From Thermoanaerobaculia bacterium (GTDB lineage Bacteria; Acidobacteriota; Thermoanaerobaculia; UBA5066): a stretch of DNA of 64,000 nt. The notes under the pieces were generated by a model. It did no database searches. It saw only the letters and a list, made by a program, of their open reading frames with translations, and was not told the DNA's origin. The position numbers were made by a program, and so were the translations under genes. This document shows positions 22,363 through 32,891 of this stretch, piece after piece (position 1 is the stretch's first letter; each line of letters begins with the position of its first letter). Location of the stretch: positions 544,001 to 608,000 of the forward strand of contig CAWFJJ010000001.1 of NCBI GenBank assembly GCA_963816185.1, given 5' to 3'.

Positions 22363-22857
22363 TCAGACCCTGATCGCGGAGAACTCGCCCGACGTATCGC
22401 GCGCGGCGGCGCGTGCGATCTGGAGGACCCCCGCGAAGACGAGATCCCCGGTCAGTGTAGCGGCTCCGGCGCGCACCTTGAGCGGCCGCGGCGCGGGGCC
22501 CTTGCCCTCACGCCATGGCCTGAACGTCTCGCCGAGGCGCGCCACCTTCAGCTTGCAGGCTTCGAGGTCGGCTTCGACGAGGAGCGCGAGGAACTCGTCG
22601 TCCTCCCAGCGGAAGAGAAAGTCCGTCAGCCGCAGATTCGCGAGGAGCGTGTTCGCGATCGTGCGCACCACGCTGTCGACGATCGCAGGCGGCTCGGAGT
22701 GCACGAAGGCGTCCCAGTTGGACAGGACGACGGACATGACGGACAGGGTGACGCCGTGGCGCCGCGCCCGTTCCAGCTCGCGTTCGATGATCTCGTCGAA
22801 GAAGGCGCGGCTGTATGCGCCCGAATGCGGGTCCCGGATGAGAAGCGCGGCACCCAT
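22363..22857 (-). CDS. Stand-alone degenerate GGDEF-domain protein
   Basis: GGDEF-fold segments DPHSGAYSR and ELERARRHG. The active-site position reads RWEDDEF. Confidence 0.75.
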   Translation of the reverse strand: MGAALLIRDPHSGAYSRAFFDEIIERELERARRHGVTLSVMSVVLSNWDAFVHSEPPAIVDSVVRTIANTLLANLRLTDFLFRWEDDEFLALLVEADLEACKLKVARLGETFRPWREGKGPAPRPLKVRAGAATLTGDLVFAGVLQIARAAARDTSGEFSAIRV

Positions 22858-22941
22858 GGGAGCGGATCCTACCCCGACTCGCGGGTGCCGAGTGGGAAGT
22901 CCCAAAGAGGGTTCTTCTTAGAAAGAGGAAAGAAGAGATAT

Positions 22942-23020
22942 TTCCCGAATGGCCGATGTCAAGGGTCTATGACCGCTGCGCGGCGCGCGAAGCGCGCCCT
23001 TGACATCGGTCATTCGGGAA
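22942..23020. repeat. 24-bp inverted repeat (1 mismatch), each arm carrying an outward-facing TTGACA
   Basis: TTCCCGAATGGCCGATGTCAAGGG (22942-22965) and CCCTTGACATCGGTCATTCGGGAA (22997-23020). Confidence 0.85.
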
Positions 23021-23101
23021 GCAAGTTTTCCACTATCGGGGCTGCATAAGCAGCCCCGAATATCAGAAAGAAGATTGATACCTGGCGTAGTCTGAGACTC
23101 G

Positions 23102-24850
23102 ATGAGAGCACCGGAAGGCCCCGAAACGCTGTCCCTCGCCGAGTTCGTCGCGGCGGCGCGCGGCAACGTGCCGGCCGACCTGGTTCTGAAAAACGCCCGC
23201 ATCGTGAACGTCCTCACGGGGGAGATCCACGACGGAACCGTCGGCGTGAAGGGCGACCGGATTCTCGGCTTCGGCGACTATCGCGCCGCCCGGAGAGACG
23301 ACGAGATCGACCTGAAGGGCACCTACGTTGCGCCCGCGCTCTGGGACGCGCATCTCCACATCGAGTCCACGATGACGACGCCGGCGACGTTCGCGCGCCT
23401 TGCGGCCGCGCACGGCACGGCGGCGGCGATCACGGACCCGCACGAGATCGCGAACGTGAGGGGAGTGCCGGGGATCCGGGCCTTCCTCGACGCCGCCTCG
23501 GGCCTCCCCGTGAACGTCTTCGTCATGCTGCCGTCCTGCGTGCCGTCCACGCATCTCGAGACGGCGGGCGCCGTGCTCTCGGCGTCCGACCTCGCCCCCC
23601 TCTACGAGCTGCCGAACGTCCTCGGCCTCGCCGAGATGATGAACGTGCCCGGCTTCCTGTTTGGCGATCCTGGCGTCTCCCGTAAAGTCGAGGACGCGCG
23701 CCGCCGCGGCGTGCCGATCGACGGCCACTCGCCGCTCCTGACTGGCCTGGACCTGAACGCGTACATCGGGGCCGGCATGCGCTCGGATCACGAGTGCCTC
23801 TCGCGCGCCGAGGCGCACGAGAAAGTCCGGCTCGGCATGGACATCTGGATCCGCGAGGGGACGGCGGCGAAGAACCTCGACGACCTCCTGCCGCTCGTCA
23901 CCCCGGCGAATTCCGAGCGCTTCGCCTTCGCGACGGACGATCGCCACCCGTGGGACCTCCTGACGCACGGGCACCTCGACCATCACGTGCGGCGGGCCAT
24001 CGCGCTCGGCCTGGACAGTGTCCTCGCGATCCGCCTCGCGTCGTGGTCGTGCGCTCGCCATTACGGCCTCACCGACCGGGGCGCCGTCGCGCCCGGCTTC
24101 CGGGCCGACCTCCTGACGTTCGAGCGCCTGGACGATTTCCGCCCCGACCTCGTCGTCCTCGGCGGGCGGCGCGTCGCGAAGGGCGGCCGCCTCCTCGAGG
24201 AGATCCCGGGCGCGCCCATGGAAGAAGGCCCCGGCTTCCGCCTCGAGGGTTTCGACCGCGCGCGGCTCCGGATCGCCGCACCCGGGGGCTCTTCGCTGCG
24301 GGTCATCGAGGTGCGGGCGGGCTCGCTCGCGACGGGAGCATCGACGGCGCCCGCGCGCCTCGTGGAAGGCGCAGCCGCGGCGGACGCCTCGCGCGACCTC
24401 CTGAAGCTCGCGGTCGTCGAGCGGCACCGCGGCACGGGCAACGTCGGCGTGGCGTTCGCCCGGGGGTTCGGCCTGAAGCGCGGCGCGATCGCGTCTTCGG
24501 TCGCGCACGATTCGCACAATGTCGTCGTCGTGGGCGCGGACGACGCGTCGATGGAGACGGCCGTGCGCCGTGTCGCGGCGATCGGGGGCGGCATCGTCGT
24601 GGCGGACGGCGCGCAATCTGTTGCCGAAGTTCCGCTGCCGGTGGCCGGTCTGATGTCGAACGCGCCGATGGCCGACGTGGACGCCGCAGAGCGCCGTGCG
24701 AACGAGGCCGCGCACTCGCTCGGCGGCACGATGGATCACCCGTTCATGACGCTCGCTTTCCTCGCGTTGCCCGTCATCCCGGAGCTGAAGCTCACGGACA
24801 GGGGGCTCGTGGACGTCGGCAAGTTCGACTTCGTGAGCCCGGTCGTTTGA
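23102..24850 (+). CDS. ade: Adenine deaminase
   Basis: DAHLHIES, DPHEIANV, LAEMMN, IDGHSP, IREGTAAKNL, ATDDRH, SSVAHDSHN and LALPVIPELKLTD. Confidence 0.96.
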   Translation: MRAPEGPETLSLAEFVAAARGNVPADLVLKNARIVNVLTGEIHDGTVGVKGDRILGFGDYRAARRDDEIDLKGTYVAPALWDAHLHIESTMTTPATFARLAAAHGTAAAITDPHEIANVRGVPGIRAFLDAASGLPVNVFVMLPSCVPSTHLETAGAVLSASDLAPLYELPNVLGLAEMMNVPGFLFGDPGVSRKVEDARRRGVPIDGHSPLLTGLDLNAYIGAGMRSDHECLSRAEAHEKVRLGMDIWIREGTAAKNLDDLLPLVTPANSERFAFATDDRHPWDLLTHGHLDHHVRRAIALGLDSVLAIRLASWSCARHYGLTDRGAVAPGFRADLLTFERLDDFRPDLVVLGGRRVAKGGRLLEEIPGAPMEEGPGFRLEGFDRARLRIAAPGGSSLRVIEVRAGSLATGASTAPARLVEGAAAADASRDLLKLAVVERHRGTGNVGVAFARGFGLKRGAIASSVAHDSHNVVVVGADDASMETAVRRVAAIGGGIVVADGAQSVAEVPLPVAGLMSNAPMADVDAAERRANEAAHSLGGTMDHPFMTLAFLALPVIPELKLTDRGLVDVGKFDFVSPVV

Positions 24851-25339
24851 TCAGTTCGCCAGCGGCGGTCCGCCGAACGCACGCAGCGTGGCGCGGCGCT
24901 GCTGGCGGTGGGCGGCGATCCAGCCATCGAGCCTCGACTTCTGGTCCGGCGTCAGAACGCCGTTGATCTCGGCGTGAACGCTCTGGAGCTGTGACCTGAA
25001 GGATTGCGCGTCGGCACGCACTTTGAGAAACGCGGCTCCGACGACGGCTGGATCCGGATCGGCGGCCGAGGCCGCAGCCTTGAGGGCCTGGCGGTTCGCC
25101 TTCGCCTGAGTCCGGAAGGCCTCGAACCGGTCCTTGTGAGACGCGAAGATCGCCTTGACCTGGGTCTTCTGGGCGTCGCTGAGATCCAGGGTCGCCATTG
25201 CCGCGCGGACTCCACGGGCGAAGTGACCACCGCCTCCCGGGTTCTGGCCAAGAGCCACGCCTCCGGCGAGGGCGAGAGCGAACGCCGTGACTCCGACGGT
25301 AAGGCCGATCTTGTTGCTGCTGAAGATTTTACGGTTCAC
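24851..25339 (-). CDS. Spy/CpxP family periplasmic chaperone
   Basis: GTG with a GAGGA SD and a signal peptide. LTXXQ motifs LDLSDAQK and VLTPDQK. Confidence 0.85.
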   Translation of the reverse strand: MNRKIFSSNKIGLTVGVTAFALALAGGVALGQNPGGGGHFARGVRAAMATLDLSDAQKTQVKAIFASHKDRFEAFRTQAKANRQALKAAASAADPDPAVVGAAFLKVRADAQSFRSQLQSVHAEINGVLTPDQKSRLDGWIAAHRQQRRATLRAFGGPPLAN

Positions 25340-25428
25340 TTGAGTTCCTCCCTGCGGGGCCCTCACTCTTCGAGGGACCGCAGGTAGTGAGACGCGAGGG
25401 CTCGACGCGCGTTTACGTTCTGAGAGTC

Positions 25429-26181
25429 TCAGAACCTCTCCCCGACGAGCACGATCGCGCCCGTGGGCTTCGGGACGCCACCCTTCGGCTCGATCGAGAC
25501 GGCGAACTTCACCGGAGCCTCGCCGAGGTTCTCCTCCTTCGAGATCGGAATGACGGTCGCGCCGTCGGGGCGCGTCTCGAACGTGCCCGCAGGGACGGGC
25601 TGGTCGCCCACGAAGGCCCACAGCTCGTAGCTCTGCTCGAGCGGCAGCGGCGGGAGGCCGCTGACCCAGAGGATTCCCTGCTTCGTCTCGGGCTGCCAGA
25701 GGAGCTTCGCTTTCGCGGTCGGGTTCGACTCGAGGCCCCTCAGGAGGGCGACCTGGACGCGAGGATCCTTCAGCCACGCGAGCTCGGCGTCCTTCGCCTT
25801 CAGGTCGCGATCCTTGTCCTGGAGCATCCCTTCGAGCTGGGCGACGTTCGCGCGCGTGGCGCCGAGGTCGGCGCGCGTCGCGTACCAGAGCGCCGCGAAC
25901 GCCGCGGCGAGCATGAACGAGGCCGCGACACCGAGCGCCCAGGCCATCGTCGCGAGGCCGCGGTCCGGCATTCCGGATGAAACCGCGCGAGGGGAAACGC
26001 TCGCCTGTTGGCCCCGGATCTGCCAGAGAACGCGCTCCTTCAGCTCGAGCGGCGGTGCGGTCTCGGGCGGAGCCGGGGCGCCGTCTTCCGTGGCGTCGAG
26101 CTCGGCTTCGAGGGCGTCGCACCATGTCGCGAATTCCTTCGCGAAGAGGGACGTGCGGGGGTCGATGCGGTCGTCAGCCAC
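25429..26181 (-). CDS. RskA-like anti-sigma factor
   Basis: PPLELKERV, a TM helix, and an RskA C-terminal domain (LPPLP..QSYELW...PVPAGTF...FAVSIEPKGGVPKPTG). Confidence 0.85.
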   Translation of the reverse strand: MADDRIDPRTSLFAKEFATWCDALEAELDATEDGAPAPPETAPPLELKERVLWQIRGQQASVSPRAVSSGMPDRGLATMAWALGVAASFMLAAAFAALWYATRADLGATRANVAQLEGMLQDKDRDLKAKDAELAWLKDPRVQVALLRGLESNPTAKAKLLWQPETKQGILWVSGLPPLPLEQSYELWAFVGDQPVPAGTFETRPDGATVIPISKEENLGEAPVKFAVSIEPKGGVPKPTGAIVLVGERF

Positions 26182-26734
26182 GGCCAGCCCCTTCTTCCCC
26201 GGCGATCGCTCTGAGCTTCGTAAGGCCCGAACGCGTCCGGCTCTTCACCGTGCCGAGAGGCTCGTTCAGGCGCGCGGCGATCTCCTCCTGCGTGTAGCCG
26301 TCGAAGTACGCGAGGCGGAGGACGGCCTGCTCGCTCTCGGACAGCTTCTCGAGGCATCGAGAAACGTAGTCGCGCACCGCGGCTGCTCCCTGCCCGCCGT
26401 CGCCGTCGCCGGCGCGGTCGAGCGACTCGTCCGGAGCCGCGGAAAAGCGCTGCTCGATGGAGTGGCGGCTTCGCCAGCGGTCGAGAGCCCGGCTGCGCGC
26501 GATCGTGAACAGCCACGTCTTCACCGACGCGCGCGTCGCGTCAAACCGGCGCGCGTCGCGCCACGCCTGAATGAAGGCTTCCTGCAGCACGTCTTCGGCG
26601 TCCCTCGCGTCCTTGAGGATACGGACGCAGAAGGCAAAAAGGACCGGTGCGTACCGGTCGTAAAACAGACCGAACGCGTCGCGATCGCCTTCGGCAATCC
26701 GCGCGAAAAGCTCGGGGTCGGCCGGCGCGCTCAC
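26174..26734 (-). CDS. ECF RNA polymerase sigma factor (SigK-like)
   Basis: GTG after [25 protein letters not shown] and [11 protein letters not shown]...PLGTVKSR. Confidence 0.92.
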   Translation of the reverse strand: MSAPADPELFARIAEGDRDAFGLFYDRYAPVLFAFCVRILKDARDAEDVLQEAFIQAWRDARRFDATRASVKTWLFTIARSRALDRWRSRHSIEQRFSAAPDESLDRAGDGDGGQGAAAVRDYVSRCLEKLSESEQAVLRLAYFDGYTQEEIAARLNEPLGTVKSRTRSGLTKLRAIAGEEGAGRG

Positions 26735-26849
26735 GGTGAAACTCCTTTCAGCCTGCCCGCCCGGCCCGAATGTGTCAAGCACCCCGTGGATACGAAGGCG
26801 TACCCGAGCGCGGATTGACGCTGCCAAACGGGGCCGGTACCGTCATCCC

Positions 26850-29171
26850 ATGTCGAAGAGAAAGCTCTCCAACGCGGGCGGCCAGCCCCCGCTGCCTTTC
26901 GATGCCGAGATCCCGCTTCCCGAAGAGGCCCGGCGAAGGTACCTGAACTATGCCCTCTCGGTCATCACGTCCCGCGCCCTGCCGGACGTGCGTGACGGGC
27001 TCAAGCCCGTGCAGCGCCGCATCCTCTTCGCGATGTTCCAGAACCTCCACCTGACGCCGGACGCGAAGTTCAAGAAGTCCGCGACCGTGGTGGGCGACGT
27101 CATCGGCAAGTACCACCCGCACGGCGATGTCGCGATCTACGACGCGATGGTGCGCATGGCGCAGCCTTTCTCGCTCCGCGCGCCTCTCGTGGACGGGCAC
27201 GGCAACTTCGGCTCGCTCGACGGCGACGCGGCGGCGGCGTATCGCTACACCGAGGCGCGCCTCCGCCCGCTCGCGATCGAGCTCCTGTCCGAGATCCGCA
27301 GGAAGACGGTCGACTGGCGCCCGAACTTCGACGGCGTCCACTTCGAGCCGGTGGTCCTGCCCGCGCGATACCCGAACCTCCTCGTCAACGGCGCGACGGG
27401 CATTGCGGTCGGAATGGCGACTTCGATCCCGCCGCACAACCCGGTCGAGGTGCTCGACGCCGCGATGGCGGCCGTTGACGACCGCGACGCGGACCCGCTG
27501 CGCTTCATCAAGGGTCCGGACTTTCCGACGGGCGGGCTTCTCGTCTCCGGCAAGCGAGAGCTGCGCGCGATCTACGAGAGCGGCCAGGGCACGTTGAAGC
27601 TGCGGGGCGAGTGGGAGATCGAGGAGGGCGCCCGCGGGGCCCGGACCATCGTCGTCACGTCGATCCCGTACGCGCAGGAGAAGGCGAGTCTCGTCGCGAA
27701 GATCGCGGACGTCATCATCGAACGGCGGCTCGCGTCCCTCGTCGACGTCCGCGACGAATCCACCGAGGGCGTGCGCATCGTCCTCGAGATCAAGCGCGAG
27801 GCCGACCCCGCGCTCGTCATGACGTATCTGTACAAGCACACGCCGCTCGAGACGACGGTGCCGGTGAACCTGACGTGCCTCGTGCCGACCGCGAGACCGG
27901 AGGTGTGCGAGCCGGCGAGGCTTCCGCTCGCCGCGATCCTCCGGCACTTCCTCGACTTCCGGCTCGAGACGGTTCGGCGGAGGTTCCTGTTCGACCTCGA
28001 GGAGCTGAAGAGGCGCCTCCACCTCCTCGAGGGCTTCATCGTCATCTACGACGCGCTCGACGAGGCGATCCGCATCATCCGCAAGTCCGACGGAAAGGCC
28101 GATGCCGCCGGCAAGCTCATGAAGCGCTTCTCTCTCGACGAGGAGCAGGTCGAGGCGATCCTCGAGACGAAGCTCTACAAGCTCGCGCGTCTCGAGATCG
28201 ACGCGATCCGTGCCGAGCTGAAAGAAAAGACGGCCGAGGCGGCCATCATCGAGGCGATCCTGAACTCGCCGAAGAAGCTCTGGAACGAGGTGAAGGGCGA
28301 GCTCGCCGAGGTGCGCGAGTCGCTCGCGGGCGAAAAGCGCCGGACGAAGGTTCTCGCGAGCGTCGACGAGCCGACGTACGACGCGGAAGCCTTCATCCAG
28401 CACGAGGACACGTACGCGATCGTCTCGCAGGACGGCTGGCTGAAGCGCCAGCGCGAGATGAAGGACCCGAAGTCCACGCGCCTGAGGGAAGGAGACGAGG
28501 TGCTCGCCGTGCTGCAGGGCTCGACGAAGGAGGCGGCCGTCCTCTTCTCGAATCGCGGCACCGCGTACGTCCTGAGGCTCAACGACGTGCCGCCGTCGAC
28601 CGGCTACGGCGAGCCCGTGCAGAAGGTCTTCAAGTTCGGAGACGGCGAGCGGGTCGTCGCGGCGCTGTCCCTCGATCCGCGGCTCACGCCGGAGAAGAAG
28701 GTGCTCCTCCTCGCCGCCACGCGCCGAGGTCTCGTCCTGAGGTTCTCTCTCGATCCGTTCCGCGAGGTGACGACGCGCGCGGGGAGGCGCTTCGCGAAGC
28801 CCGCGAAGGGCGACGAGATTGCATCCGTCTTCGTGTGCGAGGAGAAGGACCTCGTGGCCCTCGCGTCGGAGAAGGGCCGCGCGATCCTGTTCCCGGCGAG
28901 CGAGGTGCCCGTCCTCGCGGGACCCGGCAAAGGCGTCCTCGGCTTCAAGCTCGCGCCGGACGACCGCCTCGTGGGCGCGGCGCTCTTCGGAGACGACGAG
29001 AGGCGGGCGACTCTCACGCTCGTGAACGGCAAGGGGACCGAGCACACGATCACACGCCGATACACCCCCGTCTCTCGCGGCGGGAGGGGCTTCGAGCTGA
29101 TCAAGCGCGACAAGCTGGTCAAGGCGATTCCGGCGGAGATCACTTTGGTTGATTTCGGCGGGGGCAATTGA
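26850..29171 (+). CDS. parC: Type IIA topoisomerase subunit A (topoisomerase IV-like)
   Basis: [30 protein letters not shown] (catalytic Tyr) and GPDFPTGG. Has pinwheel repeats but no GyrA box at the start of the C-terminal domain; 773 aa. Confidence 0.85.
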   Translation: MSKRKLSNAGGQPPLPFDAEIPLPEEARRRYLNYALSVITSRALPDVRDGLKPVQRRILFAMFQNLHLTPDAKFKKSATVVGDVIGKYHPHGDVAIYDAMVRMAQPFSLRAPLVDGHGNFGSLDGDAAAAYRYTEARLRPLAIELLSEIRRKTVDWRPNFDGVHFEPVVLPARYPNLLVNGATGIAVGMATSIPPHNPVEVLDAAMAAVDDRDADPLRFIKGPDFPTGGLLVSGKRELRAIYESGQGTLKLRGEWEIEEGARGARTIVVTSIPYAQEKASLVAKIADVIIERRLASLVDVRDESTEGVRIVLEIKREADPALVMTYLYKHTPLETTVPVNLTCLVPTARPEVCEPARLPLAAILRHFLDFRLETVRRRFLFDLEELKRRLHLLEGFIVIYDALDEAIRIIRKSDGKADAAGKLMKRFSLDEEQVEAILETKLYKLARLEIDAIRAELKEKTAEAAIIEAILNSPKKLWNEVKGELAEVRESLAGEKRRTKVLASVDEPTYDAEAFIQHEDTYAIVSQDGWLKRQREMKDPKSTRLREGDEVLAVLQGSTKEAAVLFSNRGTAYVLRLNDVPPSTGYGEPVQKVFKFGDGERVVAALSLDPRLTPEKKVLLLAATRRGLVLRFSLDPFREVTTRAGRRFAKPAKGDEIASVFVCEEKDLVALASEKGRAILFPASEVPVLAGPGKGVLGFKLAPDDRLVGAALFGDDERRATLTLVNGKGTEHTITRRYTPVSRGGRGFELIKRDKLVKAIPAEITLVDFGGGN

Positions 29172-29255
29172 GAAAGAGGGACCGACCGGGGATTGCTTAG
29201 AAGGGAAGAGGGAGCGGGCGGTGCTTTTTCCGGGGGTTCCCCTAAACTCCCCTCG

Positions 29256-30104
29256 ATGGAGGTCGTCCTCGCCGAAAAGTACGGGTTCTGCGCCGGCGTG
29301 CGCGTCGCGGACAAGCTCGTCCGCCTCGCCGCCAAGAAGGGCCAGAAGGGCGCGATCTTCGGTCAGGTCGTGCACAACGAAAGCGTCGAAAGCGAGATGG
29401 CCCGGCTTGGCTTTCCCACGGTGCACGATCTCGAGGCCGCGAAGGCGCACGACAAGCGCATCGTTTTCTCGGCGCACGGCGTCGCCCCGTCCGTGCGCGC
29501 CGAGGCCGCGTCATTGGGCCTTGCGACGATCGACACGACGTGCAAGTTCGTGACGGACATCCACAGGGAGATCGTGCGGTCGCTCGAGGACGGCTGCTTC
29601 ATCGCGATCCTCGGCCAGGCGGACCACCGCGAGGTCGTGGGATACACGAAGGATCTCGATCCGGCGCGCTACCACGTCTTCTACCGGCTCGAGGAGGTCA
29701 CGTCCTTCGACTGGTCGCGTATCCCGCGCGTGAAGATCGTCTTCCAGACCACGATCAATTCCGAGACGTTCGCGCCGCACGTGGAGGAGATCCGCGGTCG
29801 CGTCGCGGACACGCGCGTCGCCGACACCATCTGTTACGCGACGAAGGAGAACCAGGACGCCCTGCGCGTCCTCTGCGCCGATCCCGCGATCGACGCGATC
29901 GTCGTCATCGGCGGGAAGAACAGCAAGAACACGAAGGAGCTCGCGCGGATCGCGCAGGCGGAGAAGCCGACGTTCCTGGTCGGCACGGCCGCGGAGCTCG
30001 ACCTCGCGAAGCTCGCCGGAATGAAAAAGGTCGGCGTCTCGGCGGGGGCCTCGACGCCGGATTACGACGTCGAGGCCGTCGTCCAGAGACTCGAGGCGCT
30101 TTGA
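29256..30104 (+). CDS. ispH: 4-hydroxy-3-methylbut-2-enyl diphosphate reductase
   Basis: GFCAGV, VHN, SAHGV, DTTCKFV, DTICYAT and SAGASTP. Confidence 0.95.
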   Translation: MEVVLAEKYGFCAGVRVADKLVRLAAKKGQKGAIFGQVVHNESVESEMARLGFPTVHDLEAAKAHDKRIVFSAHGVAPSVRAEAASLGLATIDTTCKFVTDIHREIVRSLEDGCFIAILGQADHREVVGYTKDLDPARYHVFYRLEEVTSFDWSRIPRVKIVFQTTINSETFAPHVEEIRGRVADTRVADTICYATKENQDALRVLCADPAIDAIVVIGGKNSKNTKELARIAQAEKPTFLVGTAAELDLAKLAGMKKVGVSAGASTPDYDVEAVVQRLEAL

Positions 30105-30198
30105 CCAGGGAAGCCGGCCGCTCGGGACTTGATGCAACTAGATCAGAGCAACGGACATCGACGTTCGATCAACCTGAGCGTGGGTGAAAAGCAGCTTC

Positions 30199-31596
30199 AT
30201 GAGCGCCCCTGAGATCGCCTCCCCGCCGTCCGGGCCGCCCGCCGTCGAGAGCGGAGGATTTGCCACGCTCGAAACCGTCTTCGAGGCGCTTGGGCGGGCC
30301 GCCATCGTCCTGGACGGCGAGTTCCGGATCCTGCGTGCCAGCTTCACGCTCGACGAGATCGCCGGCCCCGGGACGGTGACCTCCATGCTCGGAAAGCCGA
30401 TCGAGGAGCTGGTCGGCGCGAAGCTCTTCGGTCCCGCCGACACGCTGCGCGAGGCGCTGACGAACGGGCGGCGAGAAGAGGGGCGGCGCGCCGTCCTGCG
30501 CTGCGGGGCGGGCCGGGCGCGTCTCGTCTCGCTGACGGCCGCGGTGATCCCGCAGCACGTCTCGAACCACTGCGACCCGCGCGCCCGGTATCTCGTCGTC
30601 GTCCGTCCCGCGGAGGACGACGACAGCCTCCTGCAGAGCATGATCGCGTCTCACGGCCTCGTGGCCCGCTCGCCCGCGATGCTGCGGATCGTCCACCTCG
30701 TCGAATCTCTCTCCCAGAGCATCGCGACGGTCCTGATCACGGGCGAGAGCGGCACCGGCAAGGAAGTCATCGCCCGGACGCTCCACGTGAACTCCCTACG
30801 CAGCACGGGCCCGTTCGTGGCGGTCAACTGCGGGGCGCTCTCGGGGGACCTGCTCGAGAGCGAGCTGTTCGGCCACGTGAAGGGCGCATTCACGGGAGCG
30901 GTGAGGGACCGCGTCGGACGGCTGGAGCTCGCGCGCGGCGGCACGATCTTTCTCGACGAGATCGGCGACGTGCCGCTGCACCTGCAGGTGAAGCTCCTGC
31001 GCGTCCTGCAGGAGCGGCAGTTCGAGCGCGTGGGCGAGAGCGCACCGCGCATGATGGATGCGCGGATCATCGCCGCGACGAATCAGGATCTCCTGGAGAT
31101 GATTCGGACGGGTCGCTTCCGGGAGGACCTCTATTACCGCCTGCGCGTCGTCCCGATCCACCTTCCGCCCCTCCGCGAGAGGCCGGAAGACATCGCCCTC
31201 ATCGCGCAGCATCTCCTCGCGCACATCGGCGGTCGAGCGGGCCGGGCTCTGCGCCTCTCGCCCGACACACTGAACCTGCTGGAGACGTGCCCCTGGCCCG
31301 GAAACGTCCGCGAGCTCGAGAACGCGCTCGAATACGCGGTCGCGCTCTGCACGGGACAGACGATCCAGATCGAGGATCTCCCGCCGGAACTCCGCAGGGC
31401 GGAGATTTCGCCCCCGTCCCCGGACGCCGTTATGCAACCCGCCGTGTCTCTGGCCGAGTCTACTTCGCACCCCGAGCGCGAGCGGATCGTGAAGGCGCTC
31501 GCCTCTCACCGCTGGAACCGGAATCGCGCCGCTCAGGCCCTCGGCGTGAGCCGCAGCACTCTCTGGAGGCGCATGCGCGAGCTGGGGATCGAGTGA
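30199..31596 (+). CDS. Sigma-54-dependent activator with a PAS-like N-terminus (copy 1)
   Basis: [37 protein letters not shown] and a Fis-type HTH. Alternative start: GTG at 30184. Confidence 0.93.
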   Translation: MSAPEIASPPSGPPAVESGGFATLETVFEALGRAAIVLDGEFRILRASFTLDEIAGPGTVTSMLGKPIEELVGAKLFGPADTLREALTNGRREEGRRAVLRCGAGRARLVSLTAAVIPQHVSNHCDPRARYLVVVRPAEDDDSLLQSMIASHGLVARSPAMLRIVHLVESLSQSIATVLITGESGTGKEVIARTLHVNSLRSTGPFVAVNCGALSGDLLESELFGHVKGAFTGAVRDRVGRLELARGGTIFLDEIGDVPLHLQVKLLRVLQERQFERVGESAPRMMDARIIAATNQDLLEMIRTGRFREDLYYRLRVVPIHLPPLRERPEDIALIAQHLLAHIGGRAGRALRLSPDTLNLLETCPWPGNVRELENALEYAVALCTGQTIQIEDLPPELRRAEISPPSPDAVMQPAVSLAESTSHPERERIVKALASHRWNRNRAAQALGVSRSTLWRRMRELGIE

Positions 31597-31994
31597 GCTC
31601 GCGGCGCGATTTCCTGGGTCAGCTCTGGCATGGGACGGGGGGCGCGCTCCTCGGCGCCTCGGCTCTGATCCTCCACCGCGCCTTGCGCGCGGCCGCCCCG
31701 GTGCCGCGCGAGACGACTCTTTCCGCCGACGCCGTTTCGCGGGCCGTCGCGGAAGGCGGCGCGGCGATCGGGGATCTCTTCGTCACGGGCTCGCCGTCCG
31801 GGCCCGTCGCTCTCTCCCTGACGTGTACGCATCTCGGCTGCCACGTGCGGCCGGCGTCCTCCGGCGGCTTTGCCTGCCCGTGTCACGGCAGCCGGTTCGC
31901 GGCCGACGGCAGTCGCACGGCGGGGCCCGCGCGCTCGGCCCTAGCCCGCGTACCGCTCGAGAGGCGCGGGGACGCATGGACCGCCCGCCTCTGA
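31593..31994 (+). CDS. Rieske 2Fe-2S protein with a Tat signal
   Basis: SRRDFL, CTHLGC and [11 protein letters not shown] overlaps the activator stop. Confidence 0.9.
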   Translation: MSSRRDFLGQLWHGTGGALLGASALILHRALRAAAPVPRETTLSADAVSRAVAEGGAAIGDLFVTGSPSGPVALSLTCTHLGCHVRPASSGGFACPCHGSRFAADGSRTAGPARSALARVPLERRGDAWTARL

Positions 31995-32860
31995 CGGAGG
32001 CGCCTTCCCCGACGGCCGGTCTTCCTTCCGGCGACTTCGGGCGGCTTGCGCTCGGATTCCTCGCCGTGAGCACGTTGAGCGGGCTCGCGCTCGTCCCTTT
32101 CTTCTCGCCCGCGCACGCGCTCGAGAGCCTCGAGCGCCTTCACGGCGGCATCCCGTGGGGCTTCTTCCTGAGGGCGCTTCACGCCTTCTCCAGCTTCGGC
32201 CTTCTCGTGACGGCGGTTTTCCATCTCGTCCAAGTCCTCGCGCGGCGGACAGAGCGCCAGCTCGCGGCCGGCGCGTGGTGGCGTTCCGTCCTCCTCCTTC
32301 CCCTGACGCTCCTCGCCCTCCTGAGCGGGTTCGTCCTGCGAGGCGACGCGGCGGCCGCCGAGGCCCTTCCCCTCTGGAGCCGCATCGTCGAGACTGTGCC
32401 TTTCCTCGGGCCAGAGCTGTCCCGCCTGGTCCTCGGGGTGATCCCGGGCGATCTGGGGGCGATCTCCCTCCATCACGCCGGGACCTTCACGCTCCTTCTC
32501 TGGCTCATCACGGCAGAGCACGGCCGGCGCCTTGTCCCGGACGCGCGCTCGCTGGTCCTCGCCGGGCTCGTGTCGGCAGCGCTGGCGGGGGCGGTTCCGT
32601 TGCCGCTCGGGCACCCTCCGGGGGCTCCCGGCGGGGCCGGGCAGATCCTCCTCGGCCCCTGGTATCTCCTCGGGCTGCAGGGCGCTCTCGTCGACCTGCC
32701 GGCGAGCGTGGCCTGGCTGGCTCCGCTTCTCCTCGTCGTCCTCCTGGGTCTCGTCCGCCACGTGGACCGCGCGCGCAGACATGTCGTGATGCTCCTCGCG
32801 GCGTGGGTTGCCGCCTATGCGGCTTTCACGGTGCGGATCCTGCTGCTCGCGAGGAACTGA
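31976..32860 (+). CDS. Cytochrome b/b6-family membrane subunit
   Basis: [13 protein letters not shown]...[21 protein letters not shown]...EH, and GPWY at the PEWY position. Confidence 0.85.
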   Translation: MDRPPLTEAPSPTAGLPSGDFGRLALGFLAVSTLSGLALVPFFSPAHALESLERLHGGIPWGFFLRALHAFSSFGLLVTAVFHLVQVLARRTERQLAAGAWWRSVLLLPLTLLALLSGFVLRGDAAAAEALPLWSRIVETVPFLGPELSRLVLGVIPGDLGAISLHHAGTFTLLLWLITAEHGRRLVPDARSLVLAGLVSAALAGAVPLPLGHPPGAPGGAGQILLGPWYLLGLQGALVDLPASVAWLAPLLLVVLLGLVRHVDRARRHVVMLLAAWVAAYAAFTVRILLLARN

Positions 32861-32891
32861 ACGGTACACTTCTTGCTGTTCGGAGGGCCGA

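Noticed and set aside
22960-23101. Purine riboswitch upstream of ade
   Set aside because: I could not find the conserved aptamer core or a three-way junction, and ade appears leaderless.
25417-25435. Palindrome GTTCTGAGAGTCTCAGAAC over the anti-sigma stop codon
   Set aside because: A single short occurrence with no U tract and no other copy seen. Not enough to call a terminator or operator.
26850-29171. gyrA assignment
   Set aside because: No GyrA box at the start of the C-terminal domain and the protein is short, so topoisomerase IV-like is preferred, though not certain.
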